A DNA stretch of 64,000 nucleotides. Source: an uncultured Gammaproteobacteria bacterium (GTDB taxonomy: Bacteria; Pseudomonadota; Gammaproteobacteria; GCA-001735895). Below are positions 21,258-30,297 of the stretch, one piece after another (position 1 is the stretch's first letter; each line of letters starts with the position of its first letter). Under the pieces are notes generated by a model. That model saw nothing but the letters and a program-made list of their open reading frames with translations. It was not told the DNA's origin and did no database searches. The stretch covers positions 2,764 through 66,763 of the forward strand of contig CAJXUC010000013.1 of NCBI GenBank assembly GCA_913061315.1, written 5' to 3'. The position numbers were made by a program, and so were the translations under genes.

Positions 21258-21760
21258 TAAACATTCTCGTCGATCAAAGGTACCTGACGACGATGCATTT
21301 CTGGCGTTGGTTCAGATTCAAGCCTCTTAATCACTTCCTGAAAAGATTGAATATCTTCAAAACTAAGATAAACAGAGGCAAAACGAATATAAGCCACATG
21401 ATCCAGTCTTTGCAATTCGTGCATCACAAGGTCACCAATTTTTCTACTTGGAATTTCTCGCGAATCAACACCCAATAAATGTTTTTTTATTCTATTAATC
21501 GCATCTTCAATTTGATCAGCTGCAACCGGACGTTTTTCAAGTGCACGCAACATGCCGCTGCGCAAACGAACTTCGTCAAATGCATCACGACTACCATCAC
21601 TCTTTATCACCATTGGCATGTTGAGCAAAGCTGACTCATAGCTTGTAAAGCGCGTTTCACAAGAAACGCACTCCCGCCTGCGGCGCACCTGTGTGGACTC
21701 TTGAGCCAATCTTGAATCGACTACCCGAGTATCAGGTGTACCACAGAAGGGACACTTCAT
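21257..21760 (-). CDS. nrdR: Transcriptional repressor NrdR
   Basis: 167 aa. [25 protein letters not shown] is the zinc ribbon, followed by an ATP-cone. It overlaps ribD by 1 nt. Confidence 0.95.
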   Translation of the reverse strand: MKCPFCGTPDTRVVDSRLAQESTQVRRRRECVSCETRFTSYESALLNMPMVIKSDGSRDAFDEVRLRSGMLRALEKRPVAADQIEDAINRIKKHLLGVDSREIPSRKIGDLVMHELQRLDHVAYIRFASVYLSFEDIQSFQEVIKRLESEPTPEMHRRQVPLIDENV

Positions 21761-21781
21761 TTATGTAATCTAGTCAAAGAA

Positions 21782-23038
21782 CTAATTATTATAAACTGGA
21801 AGACGTTTACAAATTTCACTCACCTTCGCTCTAACCGCATCAATCACGTCTTCATCACCCATGTTGTCAAGAATATCTGAAATCCAATGAGCCAATTCGC
21901 GCGATTCAGCTTCATTAAAGCCACGAGTGGTAATAGCTGGAGTACCGATACGCAAACCAGAAGTAACAAATGGTGATTGTGGGTCGTTTGGCACTGAGTT
22001 TTTGTTCACTGTTATATGAGCCCTACTTAAAGCGGCATCAGCATCTTTACCCGTTAACCCCTTGCTAATTAAAGAAAGCAGGAATAGATGGTTTTCAGTA
22101 CCACCAGAAACAATATCAAACCCGCGTGCCATGAACTCTTCAGCCATTGCATTAGCATTGACCAGCACTTGCTTTTGATACGTTATAAAGTCTTCGCTCA
22201 TGGCTTCTTTAAAGGCCACTGCTTTGGCAGCAATAACGTGCATCAACGGACCACCCTGAGTGCCAGGGAATACCATCGAGTTAAGCTTTTTCTCAATTTC
22301 TGGGTTCGACTTAGCTAGAATGATGCCACCACGAGGGCCCCGTAAAGTCTTGTGTGTTGTGCTGGCACAAACATCAGCAATGCCAACCGGATTAGGACAT
22401 ACGCCAGCGGCAACTAGTCCAGAAACATGAGCCATATCAACAAAGAGATAAGCACCAATAGAATCGGCAATATCACGGAATTTCTGCCAATCGACAACAC
22501 GTGAGTAGGCAGAAAAGCCAGCAATAATCATTTTTGGTTTGTGCTCATTTGCTAACGCTTCAACTTCAGCGTAATCAATTCTGCCGGTTGTTTTATCAAT
22601 ACCATATTGAATAGCATTAAATAACTTGCCTGAAAAGTTAACTTTTGAACCATGTGTTAAGTGTCCACCATCAGCTAAACTCATGCCTAAGATTGTGTCA
22701 CCGGCGTTTAAAAGCGCGAAAAAAACCGCTGTATTGGCCCCTGACCCAGAGTGAGGTTGAACATTGGCATAGTCTGCACCATACAGCTTTTTAACGCGAG
22801 AAATTGCCAGTGCCTCAGCAACATCGACATGCTCACAGCCCCCATAATAACGTTTCGAGGGATAACCTTCAGCATATTTATTAGTTAGGACTGAACCCTG
22901 CGCCTGTAAAACACGTGGACTAGCATAATTTTCTGAAGCGATTAATTCAATGTGATCCTCTTGACGTTGAACTTCATTTTGCATCGATGTCCAAAGTTCT
23001 GGATCGAAATCTGCAATATTCATAGATTTTGAAAACAT
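21782..23038 (-). CDS. glyA: Serine hydroxymethyltransferase
   Basis: 418 aa. [29 protein letters not shown] and the [12 protein letters not shown] (PLP Lys) blocks are present. Confidence 0.97.
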   Translation of the reverse strand: MFSKSMNIADFDPELWTSMQNEVQRQEDHIELIASENYASPRVLQAQGSVLTNKYAEGYPSKRYYGGCEHVDVAEALAISRVKKLYGADYANVQPHSGSGANTAVFFALLNAGDTILGMSLADGGHLTHGSKVNFSGKLFNAIQYGIDKTTGRIDYAEVEALANEHKPKMIIAGFSAYSRVVDWQKFRDIADSIGAYLFVDMAHVSGLVAAGVCPNPVGIADVCASTTHKTLRGPRGGIILAKSNPEIEKKLNSMVFPGTQGGPLMHVIAAKAVAFKEAMSEDFITYQKQVLVNANAMAEEFMARGFDIVSGGTENHLFLLSLISKGLTGKDADAALSRAHITVNKNSVPNDPQSPFVTSGLRIGTPAITTRGFNEAESRELAHWISDILDNMGDEDVIDAVRAKVSEICKRLPVYNN

Positions 23039-23286
23039 TTAGGTTATCCCAAAAAGAAAAAAGAGATTTATATTACTATATCAATATGACAAAAAGCACT
23101 AATAAACACGACAAATATGACTGTAATTTCGGCATGGCATTTGATTTACAAATACACGTCACCATTTAGTAAATGGATATTTAAAACGTAACCACCGTTG
23201 ATCACAAAAAAGCCTATGTAAATTATGGGTTATGGTAACAAGTTTAAGTGTATTATTATTCAAGTAAATTTAATTAGGAGAATATT

Positions 23287-23715
23287 ATGGAAAACGTTGG
23301 CATCTACACACCACCCAGTAAAAATAAACCTGTGCTTACTGGCCTGTCAGGTGAACACTTTCAAGTTAACCTGACAATTGAAGATTTAGAGGTAACGCAA
23401 TCAGCTCAAGATAAACTAAGGGAGATCGTAACCCAAAGTGAAGATGAAGTGAGTGCAATTAGAATCTATATTGGTGGCGGTGGTTGTAGCGGTATGACTT
23501 ATGGCATGACCTTTACAGACCAGCAGACTGACTTTGACACGGTCATCGGATTTGATGGATTCAAAGTTTTCGTTGACGTTGTAGCACTCAATTATTTGCG
23601 TGGTGCACAAATTGATTATATCCAAGAAGAAGGTCGTGAACGCTTTGTGTTCAATAATGTTTTCGCTGAAACGGGTGGATCTGGTTCTTGTGGTGGTTGT
23701 GGTTCAGCTCAATAA
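23287..23715 (+). CDS. A-type (HesB/IscA/ErpA-like) iron-sulfur carrier with N-terminal extension
   Basis: 142 aa. It has IRIYIGGGGCSGMTYGMTF and a C-terminal GSCGGCGS. A good RBS (AGGAGA) lies upstream of the ATG. Confidence 0.8.
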   Translation: MENVGIYTPPSKNKPVLTGLSGEHFQVNLTIEDLEVTQSAQDKLREIVTQSEDEVSAIRIYIGGGGCSGMTYGMTFTDQQTDFDTVIGFDGFKVFVDVVALNYLRGAQIDYIQEEGRERFVFNNVFAETGGSGSCGGCGSAQ

Positions 23716-23737
23716 TCTCCTTTATTGGTAAAATCGA

Positions 23738-25018
23738 GTGCTACCCGCATCAGAGCCCGGTCAAAAGCCGGGCTTTCTGCTTTTAATCGCTCCGGCGAAA
23801 AGTTATCGTATATCACCTTATTTAAAAGCAGCCCACGCTTTAAACCTAAAAACATTAATCGTATCTAATAGCAGATACTCGCTCATGTCAGAAATAGCGC
23901 AGGGAGTCACTGTTGATTTCACTGATCGGAGGCAAGCTGAAACTATTATTTTAGAGTCCATCAGAGATTTAGACATCAAATGCGTACTGGCAACTGACGA
24001 TTCCTGTGTCAGTTTAAGTAACCAAATAGCGAAAACTCTAAATCTAGCACACAATCAATCGTCAGCCACTCTATTAACTCACCGCAAAGACTTGGCTAGA
24101 AAAGCAGCACAAATGTTTGGATGCAACACACCCAAGTATCAAGTTCTTGAATTACAACACTTCAAACAATATTCCAGTTCCGTCACCTACCCCGTTGTTG
24201 TTAAACCTTTATGCTTATCTGCCAGTAAAGGTGTCATTCGGGCTGATAATGAACAACAGTTTGATGCAGCGTGCGAGACTATTGATTTTATTTTAAGCGA
24301 ATCAGATGTCACTGGATACGAACGTAATCATGTTCTGGTTGAGGGTTACTTAGATGGTCCAGAATTTGCTGTCGATGGTATTTTAATCAATGGAAACTTT
24401 CATTTGCTTGCAATTTTTGATAAGCCAGAGCCATTGATCGGCCCGTATTTTGAAGAAACCTATTACTTAACGCCCAGTCAGTTAACAGAATCGAATCAGT
24501 TGGCATTAATCGAATCAGTGATACAGTACTGTGATGCTTATGGTTTGGCACATGGGCCTATTCATGCTGAAGCACGAATTACAAAGGACGGTATATTTTT
24601 AATCGAATTAGCAGCCAGAACAATCGGCGGCCAGTGTGGACAATTAATTGAGTTCTCATTGCAGCAAAAGCTTGAAGAGATTGTTATTCAGGGACTTTGT
24701 GGTATTAGACCCAATTTACTTGAAAATTCACTAAGTGCGGGCGTGTTGATGATCCCAGTCAAGAAACCAGGCATTTTAAAAAGAATTGAAGGCCTAACTG
24801 CGGCTATGCAGGTAGAGTTTGTAAAAGATATAGAAATTCATATTCAAGAGGGATATGAATTAGTGCCATTACCCGAAGGATCGAGTTACCTTGGTTTCAT
24901 TTTTGCTCAAGCCCCGACTTATAAACAAACATTTGATGCCCTAAAAAAAGCACACCAAATGCTTAACTTTGTTACTCAGGCAATATGGAGGTTAAACCCA
25001 TCAACGAGTTCAACATAG
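23738..25018 (+). CDS. ATP-grasp domain protein (carboxylate-amine ligase-like)
   Basis: 426 aa with a GTG start. Central blocks YPVVVKPLCLSASKGVIRAD, LVEGYLDGPEFAVDG and IELAARTIGG fit the ATP-grasp fold. Substrate unknown. Confidence 0.75.
   Translation: MLPASEPGQKPGFLLLIAPAKSYRISPYLKAAHALNLKTLIVSNSRYSLMSEIAQGVTVDFTDRRQAETIILESIRDLDIKCVLATDDSCVSLSNQIAKTLNLAHNQSSATLLTHRKDLARKAAQMFGCNTPKYQVLELQHFKQYSSSVTYPVVVKPLCLSASKGVIRADNEQQFDAACETIDFILSESDVTGYERNHVLVEGYLDGPEFAVDGILINGNFHLLAIFDKPEPLIGPYFEETYYLTPSQLTESNQLALIESVIQYCDAYGLAHGPIHAEARITKDGIFLIELAARTIGGQCGQLIEFSLQQKLEEIVIQGLCGIRPNLLENSLSAGVLMIPVKKPGILKRIEGLTAAMQVEFVKDIEIHIQEGYELVPLPEGSSYLGFIFAQAPTYKQTFDALKKAHQMLNFVTQAIWRLNPSTSST
23754..23784 (+). 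terminator. GC-rich hairpin after the Fe-S carrier gene (possible terminator/attenuator)
   Basis: AGCCCGG-tcaaaag-CCGGGCT (7-bp stem, 23754-23774) is followed by an interrupted T-run, tttctgctttt. It lies inside the 5' end of the predicted ATP-grasp ORF, so its role is uncertain. Confidence 0.35.
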
Positions 25019-25022
25019 ATCG

Positions 25023-25304
25023 CTACTTTGAACCTGGCGCTCTGAAACCATCTGGCAACTGACCAAGGTCACCCTCTTTAAATAAGAAGCCAACCATATG
25101 TTGCTCTATAAGAGTCAAGCTAGCTGGGTCAACTGTCGACAGCCCATTTTCGTTGATAATTGTAGTTTGACGCTCCAACCAATTTTTCCAACCTTGTTCA
25201 GAAACAGTGTTAAAAATTCTTTGACCAAGCTCACCAGGATAAGGCGCTCTCTCTAAACCAGGTTCTTCACTACCCAATACTACACAATTAACCATTCGAG
25301 TCAT
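25023..25304 (-). CDS. yggX: Fe(2+)-trafficking protein YggX
   Basis: 93 aa. MTRMVNCVVLGSEEPGLERAPYPGELGQRIFN..W..WLERQTTIINE parallels E. coli YggX (MSRTIFCTFL..YPGELGKRIYN..KQTMLINE). Confidence 0.9.
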   Translation of the reverse strand: MTRMVNCVVLGSEEPGLERAPYPGELGQRIFNTVSEQGWKNWLERQTTIINENGLSTVDPASLTLIEQHMVGFLFKEGDLGQLPDGFRAPGSK

Positions 25305-25439
25305 TTCTTCACCAACATGTCTTAACCAAAAAAAGCAGCCGAAATTTAGCTGCGCTTTATTATATCAAATTTAAGTCGCATCAGAATGTATAATTATTGC
25401 CAAATGACATTATTGAGTAGATTTTTAAATCGGACTCAT

Positions 25440-26040
25440 AAAAATCCACAGCAGTTGAAAGTCAAATAATAGGTTGAGGTTATATCAACTGATTATTCCT
25501 AGTGAATTGACAATGGTACGGACATCAACTTTGAGATCTAACTAAAATTGTATCAAGTTCAGCAGAAACAGCGAATCCACCATCAAAGTTGGATATTCTA
25601 TTCTTACCAATAACAACGTAGGCTAAAAATTAATCTACTCACTTGATTTCATCTGATAAAAAGTCGTTAATTTAGGAAGAAAATGATGGCAAGCCATTTA
25701 AAGAAAATTCAGCCTCTGGCACTGACTATATATTTGATTTCACCATTAGATTTTAATAGACCCGTTGTTAAAAAATCCACCATCGAAAACATACCAATCA
25801 AGTGTTAAAAAGCTAGAAACAATATCCGCATAATGAGCTGCATCAACATTTCCCTTATCACCCATATTACCAGCCTAAAAATCCTCGTTAGTATCGTAAT
25901 AAATATTGTTAGGCCAACCCTACGTTAATGGATTTATCCAACTTAACTTTAAAACCCGTGCCATATACGACACCTTCCAAATATATTAATGCTTAATCCA
26001 ACCCCAATATTTGCGTCGATAAAATTAAGTTTGGTTCATG
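25440..26040 (-). pseudogene. Unidentified gene remnant with multiple stops and frameshifts
   Basis: My minus-strand translation gives protein-like stretches (LEGVVYGTGFKVKLDKSINVGLA; GWPNNIYYDTNEDF*AGNMGDKGNVDAAHYADIVSSFLTLDWYVFDGGFFNNGSIKI*; NFDGGFAVSAELDTILV). They are broken by TAG/TAA stops and frame changes. A weak hairpin plus T7 run on the minus strand at 25330-25358 could be its surviving terminator. Confidence 0.3.
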
Positions 26041-26172
26041 AGATTAACAATATAAATGTATAAATTATCATACGAGTTATGATGCCCCTCTCTGGACGCT
26101 GTGATTCGATCGAGGATATTTAGATCCAATTTATATTGTGCTTAGACATAATCATGGAAGAAAATCAAATAA

Positions 26173-26933
26173 TTGCCATCCTCTGATTCAAATGCTAACT
26201 CTGCCCTATACTTAAACGTTATAAATCACGGCACCACTAATACGGGTCATATTCGAACAAAAAAAGAGGATTCAATCCTACTGCTGCCGGAAGAGTCGAT
26301 TTGGGTCGTGGCTGATGGTATGGGTGGACATTATGCTGGTGATTTAGCAAGTCAGCCCATTACTCTGAATATGAGTTCACTCAATAAGACAACCATCACT
26401 CAAAATGTCAATAGGTTTAAGTGAAGAAAACGTGACAACTTCAAACGGCATCATTTGACATAAAGCACTGGAACTTGGATAAAATGTGACAATAGGCATC
26501 ACGGTTGTCATTACATAGATTTTGGGTAGATTTATTATTGTTTTTTTGGCGGGTGATAGCAGGCTTTACCGTCATCAAGACAACCAGCTTATTCGAATAA
26601 CTGAAGATCATAGTTTTGTTGAAGAACTTGTCAAAATTGGAAAGATTGAAGCAAAAGGTGCTGAGGCAGACCCAGCTAAATATTTTACTCAAAGCAGTGG
26701 GTACCGTCGATGATTTTCAAATTGATTTGTCTTACTTCGAGATACAAAATAATGACATTTAGGTACTTTATTCAGATGGTGGGGATAAAGGTCTTGATGA
26801 AAGTAGAATTTCTGACATTATACAGGTAGGTAGAGAGAATTTCCCCTTTTTGAGAAAATCGCTCCTAAAAGCTTCGTTGGACTCAGGAGGCTCCGACAAT
26901 ACATCGATTATCACCATAAAATTGACAAAATAA
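26173..26933 (+). pseudogene. PP2C-family Ser/Thr phosphatase, disrupted
   Basis: PP2C blocks lie in three different frames. These are HGTTNTGHIRTKKEDSILL..WVVADGMGGHYAGDLAS (26173 frame), IGITVVIT*ILGRFIIVFLAGDSRLYRH..ITEDHSFVEELV (26483-26713) and VLYSDGG..DSGGSDNTSIITI (26697-26933). In-frame TAG codons sit at 26516 and 26760. Confidence 0.8.
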
Positions 26934-26941
26934 GGATTATA

Positions 26942-28930
26942 ATGTCAGATGCTTGCGAATTAATTATTAACGATTATATCTGTGGTGCGCTTAATGTTAC
27001 TGAGTTAGATGAGGGTTTAAAGAGTCTTTTTTCAGCAATGCCCTCTTGCCATGTTGCCGCACAAAACCACCTGCAAAACTTATTTGCCACCGATAGTATA
27101 AACCCAACACATTTCACTGAAATTTCACAACTTATTTCAAAAGTTAATATTCACTCTACTTTAAAAAGTGGTAATGAAACAGATATTCCCTACTTTGATG
27201 AGGATCAATTTTGCCACATTACAGATATTACAGAGCCGCCCTTAGATATTGATAAAAAGTCTATAATTATAAAAAGAAATATAGATAATACGCAAGACAT
27301 TGCGAAGTCATCGTTACCTTTAATTCAACTCCATGCAGACAAGATTTATAGACAAGTTGATGCTCCTTTAAAGACCCAAAAAGTTCAAGATGAGATTACT
27401 CTTGGTCCAGGTATGATACTGAAAGAGCGTTTTGTTTTACTTGAAAAGTTAGGACAAGGGGGTATGGGTGTAGTGTATAAAGCCAAGGATTTGCTCAAGG
27501 TCGAAGCCCAGGATAAAAATCCTTATGTTGCCATAAAAGTGCTAACAGACGCTTTTAAAAAGTACTCTGGATCATTCATTGCCTTGCAACGAGAGGCGAG
27601 TAAAGCTCAGAGTCTAGCTCACCCAAACATTGCAACCGTTTACGATTTTGATAGAGACTCTAATACCGTATTCATGACCATGGAGCTCCTCCAAGGAAAG
27701 CCCTTAAATCAACTGATTAAAGAAATCGTTAAGAAACCACTTAAAAAAAATCAGGCGTTACATATCATTGAAGCGCTTTGCAGTGGACTAGCCTATGCTC
27801 ATGAAAAAATGTTAATCCACTCAGACTTCAAACCAGGTAATTGCTTTTTGCTTAATGATGGTCAGGTAAAGTTACTTGATTTTGGGATTGCACGAGCCCG
27901 CACGCAAACCGATGAAGACCGAGAAAAAACTCTTTTTGATCCGGCCAAACTCAGTGCCGTTACACCCGCCTACGCAACACCTGAAATGTTTGCCGGTATG
28001 GACCCTGACCCCCGAGATGACATCTATGGTCTTGCCTGTGTTGCCTACCAATTACTTGCAGCGGGTAAACACCCCTATAACAAAGTTGCAGCAATTAAAA
28101 TTAAAGAGTTAGGTATTAAGCCAAAACCAATTAAAGGTTTAAATCGAAAACAACAGAGAACATTAATGAAGGCTTTGACGGTTTCACGCAAAGACCGAAT
28201 TACAACCGTTGAAAAGTTTGCAGAGGGGATGCGTTCAAACAAATCACATGCCAAAACGCTGGTACTGGGCACCATATTTATAGCTATTATTGCTACCGGT
28301 ATTGGGTATAAACCTTTTTTTGAATTTCGTTCTGAACAGGCACTCTATAATAATATTGATTTGATTAAACAGGGAGACAAGGCACTGATGATTGAAACTA
28401 TCTGGTCACTTGAGCAACTTAATCCAGAGCAAAAAAAAATAATTTCTGTTGGCTTAAGACGAGAAATCATAACTTTTTATAATAATAGAATACGCTCAGT
28501 ATTCAGGCCTAAGGCAGGTTTATACGACTACCCCCAAGCAAGCAATTTACTATTGCTCGCCAAAAAACTTTACCCAGACTCCATTGCACTCTCCACTATT
28601 GAAGATCAAATTAAAGAACAAAAGGACCATTTAATGATCCGGCTTGTATCACTGCATAACTATTATTTTAAAAACAAACTTCTGACAAAGACTAAAAATG
28701 GTGAGGATTTAACAACGGTTATGCCATTGATAAAACGCGTCGACCCGAAACACTACCTCTTAAAAGATAAAAAATTGGCCAACCTTTATTTATCTGAAGC
28801 TGAAAAACTAATTACACGTCGACTTTATAAAGACTCCAGTGCTTATGTTACGACGGGTTTAAAGCTATTTCCAGATGACATCCGGCTACAAAATCTAAAC
28901 AAACAAATTAATGCATCGTTTGTGAATTAA
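26942..28930 (+). CDS. Membrane-spanning Hanks-type Ser/Thr protein kinase
   Basis: 662 aa. The kinase blocks are LGQGGMGVVYKAKD, AIKVL, HSDFKPGNCFL, DFGIAR and TPAYATPEM. One TM segment (LVLGTIFIAIIATGIGY) is followed by a ~200-aa helical C-terminal domain. An RBS (AAGGA) is present and the start is 8 nt after the PP2C remnant. Confidence 0.9.
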   Translation: MSDACELIINDYICGALNVTELDEGLKSLFSAMPSCHVAAQNHLQNLFATDSINPTHFTEISQLISKVNIHSTLKSGNETDIPYFDEDQFCHITDITEPPLDIDKKSIIIKRNIDNTQDIAKSSLPLIQLHADKIYRQVDAPLKTQKVQDEITLGPGMILKERFVLLEKLGQGGMGVVYKAKDLLKVEAQDKNPYVAIKVLTDAFKKYSGSFIALQREASKAQSLAHPNIATVYDFDRDSNTVFMTMELLQGKPLNQLIKEIVKKPLKKNQALHIIEALCSGLAYAHEKMLIHSDFKPGNCFLLNDGQVKLLDFGIARARTQTDEDREKTLFDPAKLSAVTPAYATPEMFAGMDPDPRDDIYGLACVAYQLLAAGKHPYNKVAAIKIKELGIKPKPIKGLNRKQQRTLMKALTVSRKDRITTVEKFAEGMRSNKSHAKTLVLGTIFIAIIATGIGYKPFFEFRSEQALYNNIDLIKQGDKALMIETIWSLEQLNPEQKKIISVGLRREIITFYNNRIRSVFRPKAGLYDYPQASNLLLLAKKLYPDSIALSTIEDQIKEQKDHLMIRLVSLHNYYFKNKLLTKTKNGEDLTTVMPLIKRVDPKHYLLKDKKLANLYLSEAEKLITRRLYKDSSAYVTTGLKLFPDDIRLQNLNKQINASFVN

Positions 28931-29022
28931 TGGACAATTTACCGTCATCATTTCGACTGCTTGTTAAATCCTAAATTAACCCTGTCATTTCACGAGAAGA
29001 ACACGTTAAAATTAGATCTCAA

Positions 29023-29205
29023 ATGTTAAAACAGTTAGAGTCCAATGGATCAACCAAAGAACCTAATGTTAAAAACTTTAGCCAAATATCTCAATACACC
29101 AATACTAACCCGATGACTCAAGAGTCGTATAGCGCGTCAAACTGGATCATTATTATCCTCGGACTCACCGCTTCTGTTGTACTGGGTCTTATTGTGTACG
29201 GATAA
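29023..29205 (+). CDS. Hypothetical small tail-anchored membrane protein
   Basis: 60-aa intergenic ORF with a C-terminal hydrophobic helix (WIIIILGLTASVVLGLIVYG). There is no other support. Confidence 0.25.
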   Translation: MLKQLESNGSTKEPNVKNFSQISQYTNTNPMTQESYSASNWIIIILGLTASVVLGLIVYG

Positions 29206-29264
29206 CATTGACTTTCAATTCAATGCTCTTCTCTAACCATTTTTATATCTGGCAAAATTTTTAA

Positions 29265-30095
29265 TTGAAACCCATAGAATTCCATATCAACATCGAATTA
29301 GACGACACTTTAGTCGCTTCTTTATTAGCGGAAAGAACCCAGCTTCCATTGAGCCAAATTAAGATGGCAATGAAAAAAGGCGCCGTCTGGCTGTCTGATA
29401 AGAATGGTGTTAATCGCGTCAGGCGTGCGAAAAAGTCAACATCAAAGGGAAACTCTGTGCACTTTTATTTTGACCATAGCGTGCTAGATGCTGAGATTCC
29501 TTCACCCAAACTAATATCAGATGAAGGCGCCTACAGTATTTGGTTCAAGCCTAGGGGTGTATTGTGCCAGGGATCAAAATGGGGGGATCACTGCACCATT
29601 CATCGCTGGATTGAATCAAACGACACAAAACAACGTCCAGCATTGATTGTCCACAGATTAGACCGAGCAGCCTGCGGACTCATTGTTATTGCGCATAGTA
29701 AAAAAATGAGCCAAAGCTTATCCAGTCTTTTCAAGCTACGCACGATAGAGAAAAAATATAAAGCGATCGTCTGTGGTGAATTCCCAAAGCATGCAGAGTT
29801 GACTTCTATTAATTTGGAAATTGACGGAAAACACGCCTGCTCAAAAATTAAATCGTTAGAGTATTGCTCTGAGAAAAATCTATCGTTGCTTGAAGTGCAT
29901 ATTGAAACAGGACGCAAGCACCAAATACGCCAACATTTAAGTCAGCATGGGTTTCCTATTCATGGTGATCGCCTATATGGTGGCGGGGACTCGGTCGACT
30001 TGCAACTAGCCGCATTTTTTTTAAGTTTTAAGTGTCCTTTGACCCATAAATTAAAAGAATTTCATTTACCAAAAGAGTTACTGCCCCATTTTTAG
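29265..30095 (+). CDS. RluA-family pseudouridine synthase
   Basis: 276 aa with a TTG start. It carries the catalytic block HRLDRAACGLIVIAHSKK and GRKHQIRQHL. Confidence 0.85.
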   Translation: MKPIEFHINIELDDTLVASLLAERTQLPLSQIKMAMKKGAVWLSDKNGVNRVRRAKKSTSKGNSVHFYFDHSVLDAEIPSPKLISDEGAYSIWFKPRGVLCQGSKWGDHCTIHRWIESNDTKQRPALIVHRLDRAACGLIVIAHSKKMSQSLSSLFKLRTIEKKYKAIVCGEFPKHAELTSINLEIDGKHACSKIKSLEYCSEKNLSLLEVHIETGRKHQIRQHLSQHGFPIHGDRLYGGGDSVDLQLAAFFLSFKCPLTHKLKEFHLPKELLPHF

Positions 30096-30297
30096 CCATA
30101 AAAAATACATTTAAATATCAGGTGAGTCCTATATCGGTCGGTATTAGAATCTATGGATGTATCACTATAAAGTTTAATTGGAGGGTAAAAATGACTAAAC
30201 TGGTACTATAATTAAGCTCAAACCTATCTAAGCTGAAAGTACAGAATTAATTTCATACAACGACATTTTTCGAAATCATTCGAACAGGGTAAATATA

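Noticed and set aside
17709-23286. Riboswitches (FMN element near the rib genes, ZTP/THF-type element in the glyA leader)
   Set aside because: The rib genes are internal to a long operon with only 10-30 nt spacers. The 248-nt glyA leader shows none of the conserved GC-rich cores of these riboswitches that I could recognise by eye. A covariance-model scan would be needed to be certain.
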